Origin: Clostridia bacterium | Lineage (GTDB): Bacteria; Bacillota; Clostridia; Christensenellales; CAG-138 | Assembly: GCA_017619735.1 (NCBI GenBank) | Contig: JAFZRT010000020.1 | Location: 2,622 to 66,621, forward strand | Direction: 5' to 3' | DNA: 64,000 nucleotides | Part shown: in pieces, positions 17,315 through 26,040 of the stretch | Layout of the letters: every line of letters starts with the position of its first letter | Numbering within the stretch: position 1 is the stretch's first letter | The notes under the pieces: model-generated | Database searches by the model: none | Seen by the model: the letters and a program-made list of their open reading frames with translations, nothing else | Told to the model about the DNA's origin: nothing | Translations under genes and position numbers: made by a program

Positions 17315-18174
17315 TCCTCCACTATCACTATGAGGGTCGCCGTGCCGAGCGCCTGGCGCTCCGCATCGAAGAGCTGATATGTCACGGTGTATGTCCCGGG
17401 CACCTTAAGGTTCATGCCGCCCTCGAACACCGCGATATCCGTATCGGGGTTGAAGCGCGTGTTCGCGAATGGCGTTGTCTTGCCGGCGGACCATACGCCG
17501 TTGAGGAAGCTGCGCAGATCGATCCTGCCGCCGCACGGGACGTACGTGACGTATTCCTTGAGGGAGGGCGACGGCTGGCTGTAGGTCGCGTAATCCTCCA
17601 TGCTTATCGTGAGCTCGAGCACGGCGCTGTCGCCGCAGCTGTTGGTGACCTGGATATTGACCTTCTGAACGGAGGAGGTCTCGCTTGTGGCGGTGGTCTT
17701 GCCGAAGCTGATCTTCATCTGCTGAGTGAGGTTGCCGTCGATGCAGTCCTCGGCGAAAATGTGCTCGAGATAATCGATGCCTGTCGTGCCCGTGACGTAG
17801 CGGAGCGGCTGATAGATGTGGAAATGGGGCGAAACGTAATCGAGATACGTGACCTCGCGCACGTAGGTGCCGACGTTCCGGCTGTTGTCGAACGCGGCGT
17901 AGTTGACGTGCCTCGTGCCCTTCGAAATGAACTTGCTCTTCGAGACCACGACGAGGGAATCCGTAACGTCCCCGTCGATGTTATCCCTCGCTGTCATGCC
18001 TTCGAGCAGATCCTCATCCGTTGAGGATACCGTGACGACTATCGAATCGCTTTCGGCATTAATGACCGGCGCATGATAATCGAGCGTCAGACGGTGACGG
18101 ATGTAGGTGTAGGAGAATACCGCCGCCACCACGACGAAAAACAGCACTATCAGTATTCTTAGTCTTCTGATCAT
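17311..18174 (-). CDS. Membrane-anchored hypothetical protein with Ig-like (DUF5011-like) ectodomains
   Basis: N-terminal TM helix (ILIVLFFVVVAAVFSY), then beta-rich repeats with ARDNIDGDVTDSLVV, which resembles bacterial Ig-like domains. An ATGA overlap links it to kinase A. Confidence 0.45.
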   Translation of the reverse strand: MIRRLRILIVLFFVVVAAVFSYTYIRHRLTLDYHAPVINAESDSIVVTVSSTDEDLLEGMTARDNIDGDVTDSLVVVSKSKFISKGTRHVNYAAFDNSRNVGTYVREVTYLDYVSPHFHIYQPLRYVTGTTGIDYLEHIFAEDCIDGNLTQQMKISFGKTTATSETSSVQKVNIQVTNSCGDSAVLELTISMEDYATYSQPSPSLKEYVTYVPCGGRIDLRSFLNGVWSAGKTTPFANTRFNPDTDIAVFEGGMNLKVPGTYTVTYQLFDAERQALGTATLIVIVED

Positions 18175-18192
18175 TCTTCCCTCCGCTGCGCG

Positions 18193-18942
18193 TCAGTAGA
18201 TCGGTATGGGCTCGTAGCCCAGGAGCTCCCTGCCACGGAGTATCCTCGACGGGTTCTCCTCAAGGAGCAGTTTCATGTATTCCTCGCCGAAATTGTCGGT
18301 CAGATATTCCCGTATCTCGGCCATGTGCGTCGTGCGTTCCATGGGGCTGTGCGCGTCGCTCGCGATGCAGGCGCAGAGCCCGTGATCGAGCAGCAGCTCC
18401 GCGATGCGCATTGGCCTCGGCCCGAAGCGCCCCAGCAGGCTGCCCTTGTTCACCTGCAGGCCGTAGCCCCTCGTGCACCAGTCGTACGCGATCTCCGGTA
18501 TCTCCTGTACGAACACGTACCGCTCCGGATGGGCGATTATCGGGCTGAAGCCCGCGGCGGAGCATTTGCGCAGTATCCTGTCGCAGTAATCGGGATCCTC
18601 CGTGAACGCAAACTCGGTCAGGAAGTACTTCGTCCCGTTGAGCGTCCACACCCTGCCCTCCTCGAGCAGGCGGGGCGTCTCCTCCGTTGCGAACACCTCC
18701 GCTCCGCGGCAGAGCTCCACCGGTATCCCGGCGCGCTCCGCCCCCCGGACGAGGCTTTGGAATCTCTCCTCCAGCTCTGGCGACGCGAGATTCATGTATT
18801 CGCCCGGGATATTGCAGTGCGGGGTCGCGACTATGGTCTTCACCCCGCTCTCGGCCGCCATGGTCAGGAGCGCGAGCGAATCCTCCATGGTCTCGGAGCC
18901 GTCGTCTATTCCGGGTATAATATGTGCGTGGATATCGATCAT
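18193..18942 (-). CDS. cpsB: CpsB/CapC-type PHP-family protein-tyrosine phosphatase
   Basis: MIDIHAHIIPGIDDGS ... ATPHCN ... IAHPERY ... ASDAH. These are the conserved metal-binding motifs of CpsB/YwqE. Confidence 0.9.
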   Translation of the reverse strand: MIDIHAHIIPGIDDGSETMEDSLALLTMAAESGVKTIVATPHCNIPGEYMNLASPELEERFQSLVRGAERAGIPVELCRGAEVFATEETPRLLEEGRVWTLNGTKYFLTEFAFTEDPDYCDRILRKCSAAGFSPIIAHPERYVFVQEIPEIAYDWCTRGYGLQVNKGSLLGRFGPRPMRIAELLLDHGLCACIASDAHSPMERTTHMAEIREYLTDNFGEEYMKLLLEENPSRILRGRELLGYEPIPIY

Positions 18943-18951
18943 TTTCCCTTA

Positions 18952-20745
18952 TCAGAAGTTCATCAGCGCTTCGCCGGATTCCTTCTCGTCGAGTTCCGTT
19001 ACGCTCCCCTCCATGACGCGGTAGACGCGCTGGCAGAGGTTGATGACGGTGGGCCTGTGCGTGGTGACGATGCAGGTCTTGTTCGGACGCTGCTGTATTA
19101 TGTTGCGCAGCACCTGACGCTCCGTCGCGACGTCGAGAGCCGAAGTCGCCTCGTCGAGCAGCAGTATCGGCGCGTCGCGCAGCACTGCGCGCGCTATCGC
19201 AAGTCTCTGCGCCTGTCCTTCCGAGAAGCCCTTGCCGCGTTCGCCGACCTTGCGGTCGATGCCGTCGGGGTGCTTCGAGACGAAATCCCAAGCGCAGGCG
19301 ATCTTCAGCGCCTCGATTATCTCCTCGTCGGTCGCGTCCTCCTTGACGAGGCGCATATTGTCGGCGACGGTGCCGGAGATCATCGTATTGCCCTGCGGCA
19401 CGTAGGAGAACAGCGAGCGGCTGTCGGCGTTCATGCCGACCTCCGTGCCGTCGGAGGCTCGGAGGTAAGCCGTGCCGCTGTCGGGGTGGATGAGGCCGAG
19501 CATGAGGCGGATCATGGTCGTCTTGCCTCCGCCGGAGGGGCCGATGAGGGCGACTATCTCGCCCGGGGCGGCCTTGAAGCCCGAATCCACGATCACCTGC
19601 TTGTCCTCCACGTAGGCAAAGTTCACGCCGTCCATGCGCACCTCGAACCCGTTATCGGCGAGCGCCTTGAGCTGCTCGCTCTCGGGAAGGTGGATCTCCC
19701 TCGGCAGCTCGATGAGCTCCCTTATGCGGTGAGCCGAAACGGAGCTCGTCAGGAAGGAGGGCACTATGCCGACAACGCTGTTGAAAGCGTTGGAGAGGCG
19801 GCCCCTCTGCTCAAGGAAGAGCGTCATCGTGCCGTAGGTTATCTGATGCGTCCACAGGAGGAACAGGCAGTAGCCGAACGCGGCGTACTGGACGATGAGG
19901 CCCAGCACCGACATGAATATGTTCGTCTTGATGGTGAACATATTGTATTCGAGGGAGATCTTCTTCAGCTTCTGCTGCCATTCGCGCAGCTTGCGGGCGC
20001 AGGTCTCCATAACGCCGAAGGACTTTATCGTGTCGAAATTGTAGAAGGTCTCGACCTCGAAGGCCATTTTCTTGCTCCCGGTCTCCTTCACGCGCTTCGC
20101 GAAGTCGCGCTGCTTGGTGATGAAGTACTTGCTGAGGAGCAGCATGACGGGCGCGCTGGCAAAGGCGAGGAGAGACATTACCTTATTATAATGCCAGATG
20201 AGGGCGAAGGTCACGATGAAGTTGTACACCGCGATTATTATCGACGGCAGCCAGCTTATCGCGTTGGAGCTGACGGTGCGGACGTCCGTATTGAAACGGT
20301 TGAGCAGATCGCCGCTCGAGTATTCGCTGATCGATTTCCAGTCGACGTCGATTATGCGGTCGAATATGTCCGCCTGGATATCATTATTTATATAGATGCT
20401 TATTTTCGCGTTGAGGCGGCTGATGAGGCTCGAAAAGAGCAAGCTGAAGCCGGCGCTGCCCAGCATTATCGCGATCAGCAGTCCCAGCTTCGAGGTCTGA
20501 TACCCCGTGATGATGTCGATCAGGTGCTTCCCCGCGACGCTTGCCACAAGTCCGAAAGTGGTCGAGAATATCCCGAGCACCGTGTAAAACAGTACGGCGA
20601 ACTTATGACGCTTCGTGTAGGTGAATATCCAGCGCCAGTCGTCGAGTATCTCGCGAAGGCCGCCTTCCTTCTTCCTGTCACGAAGTATCCTGAGCGATTT
20701 GAAGAACGCGCGATCGTTCCGGCTCTTATCGTTAGTCTCCATCAA
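18952..20745 (-). CDS. ABC exporter with fused TMD and NBD (MsbA/PglK-like half transporter)
   Basis: Six-helix TMD, then Walker A GPSGGGKTT, signature FSEGQAQRL and Walker B ILLLDEATSALD. Confidence 0.9.
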   Translation of the reverse strand: MMETNDKSRNDRAFFKSLRILRDRKKEGGLREILDDWRWIFTYTKRHKFAVLFYTVLGIFSTTFGLVASVAGKHLIDIITGYQTSKLGLLIAIMLGSAGFSLLFSSLISRLNAKISIYINNDIQADIFDRIIDVDWKSISEYSSGDLLNRFNTDVRTVSSNAISWLPSIIIAVYNFIVTFALIWHYNKVMSLLAFASAPVMLLLSKYFITKQRDFAKRVKETGSKKMAFEVETFYNFDTIKSFGVMETCARKLREWQQKLKKISLEYNMFTIKTNIFMSVLGLIVQYAAFGYCLFLLWTHQITYGTMTLFLEQRGRLSNAFNSVVGIVPSFLTSSVSAHRIRELIELPREIHLPESEQLKALADNGFEVRMDGVNFAYVEDKQVIVDSGFKAAPGEIVALIGPSGGGKTTMIRLMLGLIHPDSGTAYLRASDGTEVGMNADSRSLFSYVPQGNTMISGTVADNMRLVKEDATDEEIIEALKIACAWDFVSKHPDGIDRKVGERGKGFSEGQAQRLAIARAVLRDAPILLLDEATSALDVATERQVLRNIIQQRPNKTCIVTTHRPTVINLCQRVYRVMEGSVTELDEKESGEALMNF

Positions 20746-20905
20746 TTTATCATTATACTACATATAAGAAGAGATTGCAACACCGTCAACGCCTCGGAAG
20801 ACGATCTCATTCATTTATTTACGCGCACTATTATAATATGTAGTTTCCGCCCGGCGGGGCAAAGAGCCGCGTTAAGGGGCCGCCGGCTGCCCGGCGGGAG
20901 CGTTT

Positions 20906-20922
20906 TGTCACATTGTGACAAC
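20906..20922. promoter_or_regulatory. Perfect 17-bp palindrome TTGTCACA-T-TGTGACAA (candidate operator)
   Basis: Read directly from the sequence. It lies in the divergent intergenic region between the EPS operon and the large surface-protein gene. Confidence 0.5.
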
Positions 20923-21012
20923 TGTATTCCGAACATGCGTTTCTTTGTGAAAAATCCAGAACGCTCCTGCAAAATATAATCTTCAAAATCTTCAAAACAT
21001 TCGTTCAAACTG

Positions 21013-21041
21013 TTGACATAATTGCTGCGGCATGATAAAAT
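21013..21041 (+). promoter_or_regulatory. Sigma-70-type promoter (TTGACA, 17 nt, TAAAAT) for the large surface-protein gene
   Basis: TTGACA at 21013-21018, a 17-nt spacer, TAAAAT at 21036-21041. A perfect 9-bp hairpin follows at 21042-21066 (ggcatagta/tactatgcc). Confidence 0.6.
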
Positions 21042-21140
21042 GGCATAGTATAAGGTTTACTATGCCATGGTATTGGTAAAAATCCGCGGCAATGTGAAAA
21101 AACCTTGATGAAACAGATATTCCCAAAGGAGGATAGAACA

Positions 21141-24100
21141 TTGAAAAAGCGTTTTGCGAAGTTCCTTGCTCTGGCCCTCGTGCTGGTCATGGTCCTTTCC
21201 GCCATCCCCTTCTCTGCCATCGCGCAGGGGTTCGTGAATGACGGCAACGAGACCACCGCCATCGGCGATCTCTGGAGCAAACTCAGGGGCGGTCTGAATG
21301 ATTTCTTCAGGCCCCGTCCCACGACCCCGCCCACGACCGATGGAAGAAGCTTCACCGGTGTTACGGAGAGCGGCCTTACCGTCAACGTCGACGCTCCCGC
21401 CGGCGCTTTCATGAACGGTACGACCATGACCGTCCGCGAGGTCGCGAATATGCAGGCAGTGCAGGATGCCGTCGATAACACCGATGGCGTATCCGGTACC
21501 GTCCTTGCTGCCGTCGATATCACCTTCATGCTTCGCGGCAGGGAAGTCCAGCCCACGAAGGATATCACCGTCAGCATCACCTCCGACGCTCTCGCTTCCG
21601 TGAGCAACCCCTCCGTCGTCCATATCGACGCGAGCGCGGATGAGCTCGGCGGCGAAGAGGACGCGGATCTTGTAGCCAACGTCAAGTCCGGCAACAGCAC
21701 CGTCACCTTCGAGGCGGACAGCTTCTCCATCTACGCGGTCATCGACGACGGCCAGGAGGGCGATCTCGCTCGTTTGGAGATCAATTTCTATAAGCCCTCC
21801 TATTCTGAAGGTCAGATGAGCTACGAACTCGTTGCGACTGTCTACGTCAAGAACTCCGATCAGCTCCTCGGCGACGGCGAACGTGTAGAAACCGTCCAGT
21901 ATATCGAGGATATCGTGTACGATCCCGGCGTGGGCGGCACCCTCGGCGATGGACTGCTCTTCGGCGGCTGGACCATCGACTCTGCCGACGCCAACCCGAC
22001 AGGCAGCACCAACTACGGCAAAAACTATGACGTCGACACCACGGTCTACACCATTCCCGGTATCTGCAAGTATCTCGCGCAGAAGAAGGTCGGCCATATT
22101 GCAGAGGGCGACAAGCTCGATATCTACGCTCTCATCTACAAGGTATTCGACGTGACCTATAAGGACTCGCACGACATCGTTCTTGCGTCCGACATAGTCA
22201 TGATGCCCCTTAACGCTACCTCCGGTTCCTTCACCATCAAGGAGACCTACAAGCCCAACGATCAGATCACGAACTTCGAAGGCTGGCAGGTGGCGGAAGG
22301 CGCGAGCAATATCTCCAACGCCAGCAAACCCGCGCCCTACCCCCAGGGCACGACCATGGATCTCTCCGGCGACGTCGTGTTCTCCACCGTGCTTGTCAGC
22401 GGCCACTGGCTCGTTTACGAGGAGAACGGCTACGGCGCGACCTATAATGCGCCCGCGTTCATCAAGTCCAACGAGCTGACCCATGCGCCCGCCCTTGAGA
22501 TGACCCGTCCCGGCTACACCTTCGGCGGCTGGTACACCGACGCCGCCTGCACCGCCGGCAACGAGTATCCTTTCAATCTGCCCCTTGAAGACCGTCTCAC
22601 CGTCTACGCGAAGTGGACCATGGCTACCACCGCCGACTATACGGTCATCATCTGGAAGGAGAACATCGACTGCGACGGCTACGATTACGTGGGATCCATC
22701 TCCATGAACGGCACTACGCAGTCCCCCATCAGCCCGATCACGAAGGTCAACGATACCACCGCGAGGGTAGACGGCACGAGCTACAGCTACACCGGCTTCG
22801 AAGTCGGTGACTATGACTCCAACGTCACCATAAAGCCCGCCGGCGGTTCCGTGCTCAATGTTTACTTTGACCGTATCGAGTATACGCTGACCTTTAAGGT
22901 TACCAATATTGCTTATACTTATAATGGTAGTGGATATGTAGATGCTCCTGTCGGTACCACTGCAGTAACCAATAGTAGTAACATTAATACGCTCAACAGC
23001 AACCAGAGAACGATCTCCGGATATCAAGTGTCGTATTACGGTAGTAATTATTATAACCGAACATATTGCGTAAAGGTTGGCTCTTCCTGGTACCCGATAA
23101 CTTCTAGAGGTTATAACGTTTACAATGCGAGCAACATTACTGCGGTTCCCGTTCCCGGCAACCCTGTTGTAAAAACAATCACTGCGGCTTTCGAGCAAGA
23201 TATTTCCGCTGAGTTCCCGATTGTTGCCGAAAACGGTGTTATCTATCCCACGGGAACCCGTTGGAACCCCGATAGTGGCTTGACTGTTGACGGCACAACG
23301 TACTTTACTCACGATGTCGTTGTCGCTTTTATCGATAAGATGACTCCCGGCGATATGGAGTTTGAGATAAGCGACCCGGGCAGTAGAACAGAAAAGACGA
23401 TGGTCTACTGGGTCGAAACCATCAACAACACTCCAACGGAAGGAAAAGCCACAAAAACATACAAGGGTGTTTTGTATGAAGAATACAAAACGGTACGTGC
23501 TCATTATACCGGCGTTACGATAGAGGACTATATTGAGCTTAACGGGTTCTCTCATTTGGAAGCTGACCAGTCCCTCGGCTATACATCCAACGGAACAACC
23601 TATTATGGCACGTCGTCCGGTGCAGCAACTGAGGTCAATTTCTACTACACTCGCAATCAGTATAGCATCATCTACTTTGACGGCGTCTACTACAACAGGG
23701 ACGGTATCATGACTGAAGACATGCCCGAGGATCAGGGCGAGCTCCATGTCGATAGCAGTATCTATTTCAACGCCGACATCAGCAGCTACGGTGAGGGCGG
23801 CGTCCATTACTATACCCCCACCTGCCCCCCCGGTTTCATTTTCGACGGCTGGTACCTCAACAAGGAGTGCTCTGATGGAGCCGAAGCCGACTTCGACAAG
23901 ATGCCCCTCGGCGGCATGAAGGTCTACGCCAAGTGGAGACTGATCGAATACCGCGTGTTCCTGAAGCCCAACGCCCTCCTGAACGGCACAAGAGACAACA
24001 CTCTTGACTGGGGTAAAGATGATCAGGCGACCAACTTCCGTATCGACTACAACAAAAAGGTCTCCTGCCCCACCGGTCTGAGGTACGGCTTCGAGTTCGG

Positions 24101-25976
24101 CGGCTGGTATACCGATCCCGACTTCAACTACATGTTCGACGACTCCACCAAGCTCACCGACTCCACCGTCCCCGAAACCCCGGTCTACGACAAGACGACC
24201 GACTTCACCGACGGTGCAGGCAACGTTGAGATGGATAAGTGGGGCCTCATCCCCGACGGAGCAACGCCCATCAACAAGGACGTTGACCGTTACTGGATCA
24301 CCCGCAAGCTCAACCTCTACGCCCGCTGGAGCAAGATCATCCCCGGCGCGAGCGGCGTTGGTCTCATCTACAACGCCAACGGCGGCACCAACGCCCCCGA
24401 TGACACCCGCCTCTACAAGGACAACGTCAAGGCGATCGCTCAGGCGGCTTCCACCGCACCCAATACGAACCAGCAGTTCCTGTACTGGGTAGTGCAGAAG
24501 TATGACACCGCGACCGGTACGTACGTAGACGCCATGAAGAGCGACGCCGGAGATCTCGACGAAGGCGAAGAGGACGGCCTCCTCATCGTCTATCCCGGCG
24601 AGCGTTTCAGCGTATTGCTCGACCTTGCCAAGCAGGAGCCCAGACTTGACGATAACGGGCAGCAGATGATCGACTACACCGATCCCGAGCATCCCCAGCC
24701 CCTCTGGGTCTACACCGTGGAGCTCAAGGCGATGTACGGCCCGAAGGCCGCTCCCACCCCGACCCATATCTCCTGGTTCTCCGGTCTGTACGACATCGAC
24801 GGCGGTTCGTTCGAGCTTGATTCCGTAACCCATCCCGGCACCGCCATCCAGGCCAACGCCACGACCGGCGGCATCGGCTGGGTCATCACCAACCCCAACC
24901 TGCAGATCAACCAGGCCGTTGATATCATGGCTGCCGACACCTACTCCATACCCGGCTACAAGTTCATCGGCTGGGCGAGGATCAACAACGAGACCGGCTA
25001 TCCCGGCAATAACGATCCCACCAGCATCACCATGGACGATATGTTCCTCGAGTACAGGGACGGCAAGTTCTATGCGAAGGCAAACTCCCGCGATACCGAG
25101 TTCACCGTTGAGGTGACCAAGGTCGCCGCGGACGAGGCGCATTCCTACCATGACCTCTACGCCATGTGGGTGCCCGAATACTTCTACGTATTCCACTCCT
25201 CCACCGGCAAGCTCGAGGCCATCAAGATGCCTCACTCCCTCTCCGAGACCTGCAACCTCGTTGCCAAGGTCCCGAGTACCCACCTCTACGGCGGTTACTA
25301 CAAGACCTACGGCGGCGTAACCCTCGAGAATATCGAGGCGGCCAAGAGCGGCGCGAAGTCCGCTACCACGCACGAGATCGAAGTCACCGGCGCCGTGACC
25401 TACGACGGTTCCAACCTCAAGAACGGCACCACCCGCTTCTGGACGAAGGCAGACGCCTACGGCATGAATCCCGGCGAGACCATCGGCAGCGCGCTGCAGC
25501 CCACGGCGGAGACCGTCTACTACCTCAAGGAGGTCCCGAAGAAGTATCTTGGCGTACATGCCAGGTGGATCTACAACTGGTACTACGACAACAGGATCGA
25601 TAATCTCTATCTCCTGACCGTCGTCGACGACCTCAACTACACCTCGGTCGGCTATACCGTTGCCTCCGATGATGAGATCGCAAGGCTCGTTTCGTCCTTC
25701 ACCTTCGTTCCGACCGCGTCCAACACCGGTGCGAATGCGAAGAGGGTCAAGATCACGGCCAACGACCTCATCGGGCAGCGCGGCTACCTCGGCGTCGTGG
25801 ATGCGACCGAATACATCGAAAGCATTGTCGCAAGCGGTACTGAAGGCATCCAGCTCAACCCGTTCTGGGTCACCATCGACGGCGTTGAAGTCAACAACGT
25901 GTACTACACCTTCGGCTGCAGCGGCGGCGACACGCTCACGACTGAGAACTTCACTCACGTGGTCTGCAATCCGTAA
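21141..25976 (+). CDS. Large secreted surface protein with Listeria-Bacteroides (Flg_new / InlB B-repeat-like) repeats; no LPXTG or other obvious anchor
   Basis: I placed the start at TTG 21141, 7 nt after AAAGGAGGA. That gives the signal peptide KKRFAKFLALALVLVMVLSAIPFSAIAQG. Recurrent modules are present: GYTFGGWYTDAACT...VYAKW, GFIFDGWYLNKECS...VYAKW, GFEFGGWYTDPDF and GYKFIGWARI. The C-terminus ends ...FTHVVCNP. Confidence 0.85.
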   Translation: MKKRFAKFLALALVLVMVLSAIPFSAIAQGFVNDGNETTAIGDLWSKLRGGLNDFFRPRPTTPPTTDGRSFTGVTESGLTVNVDAPAGAFMNGTTMTVREVANMQAVQDAVDNTDGVSGTVLAAVDITFMLRGREVQPTKDITVSITSDALASVSNPSVVHIDASADELGGEEDADLVANVKSGNSTVTFEADSFSIYAVIDDGQEGDLARLEINFYKPSYSEGQMSYELVATVYVKNSDQLLGDGERVETVQYIEDIVYDPGVGGTLGDGLLFGGWTIDSADANPTGSTNYGKNYDVDTTVYTIPGICKYLAQKKVGHIAEGDKLDIYALIYKVFDVTYKDSHDIVLASDIVMMPLNATSGSFTIKETYKPNDQITNFEGWQVAEGASNISNASKPAPYPQGTTMDLSGDVVFSTVLVSGHWLVYEENGYGATYNAPAFIKSNELTHAPALEMTRPGYTFGGWYTDAACTAGNEYPFNLPLEDRLTVYAKWTMATTADYTVIIWKENIDCDGYDYVGSISMNGTTQSPISPITKVNDTTARVDGTSYSYTGFEVGDYDSNVTIKPAGGSVLNVYFDRIEYTLTFKVTNIAYTYNGSGYVDAPVGTTAVTNSSNINTLNSNQRTISGYQVSYYGSNYYNRTYCVKVGSSWYPITSRGYNVYNASNITAVPVPGNPVVKTITAAFEQDISAEFPIVAENGVIYPTGTRWNPDSGLTVDGTTYFTHDVVVAFIDKMTPGDMEFEISDPGSRTEKTMVYWVETINNTPTEGKATKTYKGVLYEEYKTVRAHYTGVTIEDYIELNGFSHLEADQSLGYTSNGTTYYGTSSGAATEVNFYYTRNQYSIIYFDGVYYNRDGIMTEDMPEDQGELHVDSSIYFNADISSYGEGGVHYYTPTCPPGFIFDGWYLNKECSDGAEADFDKMPLGGMKVYAKWRLIEYRVFLKPNALLNGTRDNTLDWGKDDQATNFRIDYNKKVSCPTGLRYGFEFGGWYTDPDFNYMFDDSTKLTDSTVPETPVYDKTTDFTDGAGNVEMDKWGLIPDGATPINKDVDRYWITRKLNLYARWSKIIPGASGVGLIYNANGGTNAPDDTRLYKDNVKAIAQAASTAPNTNQQFLYWVVQKYDTATGTYVDAMKSDAGDLDEGEEDGLLIVYPGERFSVLLDLAKQEPRLDDNGQQMIDYTDPEHPQPLWVYTVELKAMYGPKAAPTPTHISWFSGLYDIDGGSFELDSVTHPGTAIQANATTGGIGWVITNPNLQINQAVDIMAADTYSIPGYKFIGWARINNETGYPGNNDPTSITMDDMFLEYRDGKFYAKANSRDTEFTVEVTKVAADEAHSYHDLYAMWVPEYFYVFHSSTGKLEAIKMPHSLSETCNLVAKVPSTHLYGGYYKTYGGVTLENIEAAKSGAKSATTHEIEVTGAVTYDGSNLKNGTTRFWTKADAYGMNPGETIGSALQPTAETVYYLKEVPKKYLGVHARWIYNWYYDNRIDNLYLLTVVDDLNYTSVGYTVASDDEIARLVSSFTFVPTASNTGANAKRVKITANDLIGQRGYLGVVDATEYIESIVASGTEGIQLNPFWVTIDGVEVNNVYYTFGCSGGDTLTTENFTHVVCNP

Positions 25977-25996
25977 GTAAGGCCCAAGCATCATTT

Positions 25997-26025
25997 CCTC
26001 CGGATGGGTCTCCCCCATCCGGAGG
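25997..26025 (+). promoter_or_regulatory. Perfect 12-bp GC-rich hairpin (cctccggatggg/cccatccggagg) overlapping the SD of the next gene
   Basis: Arms at 25997-26008 and 26014-26025 with a 5-nt loop and no U-tract. The 3' arm contains GGAGG, the only SD-like sequence upstream of ATG 26041. Confidence 0.6.
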
Positions 26026-26040
26026 GGTGAACGATAATCA

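Noticed and set aside
18325-20979. Other very long antisense ORFs are listed in the track. Examples: 18325-20979 (884 aa), 46574-49042 (822 aa), 52677-54356 (559 aa), 15689-17239 (516 aa), 59705-61012 (435 aa), 62050-63348 (432 aa), 26038-27303 (421 aa), 37662-38861 (399 aa), 48891-50069 (392 aa) and 8238-9347 (369 aa).
   Set aside because: Each lies opposite a gene with unmistakable family motifs (ABC exporter/CpsB, pheT, GH13, BY-kinase, tryptophanase-like, Ppx-ChrA, argS, pheS, GT4). Their translations are R/G/A/V/H/E-rich and featureless. This is the typical shadow-ORF behaviour of GC3-biased genomes.
21033-21080. A Trp-rich 15-codon mini-ORF (MIKWHSIRFTMPWYW) in the leader of the surface-protein gene, considered as a possible attenuation uORF.
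   Set aside because: Its ATG overlaps the predicted -10 box (TAAAAT, 21036-21041), so it should lie upstream of the transcription start. It has no SD.
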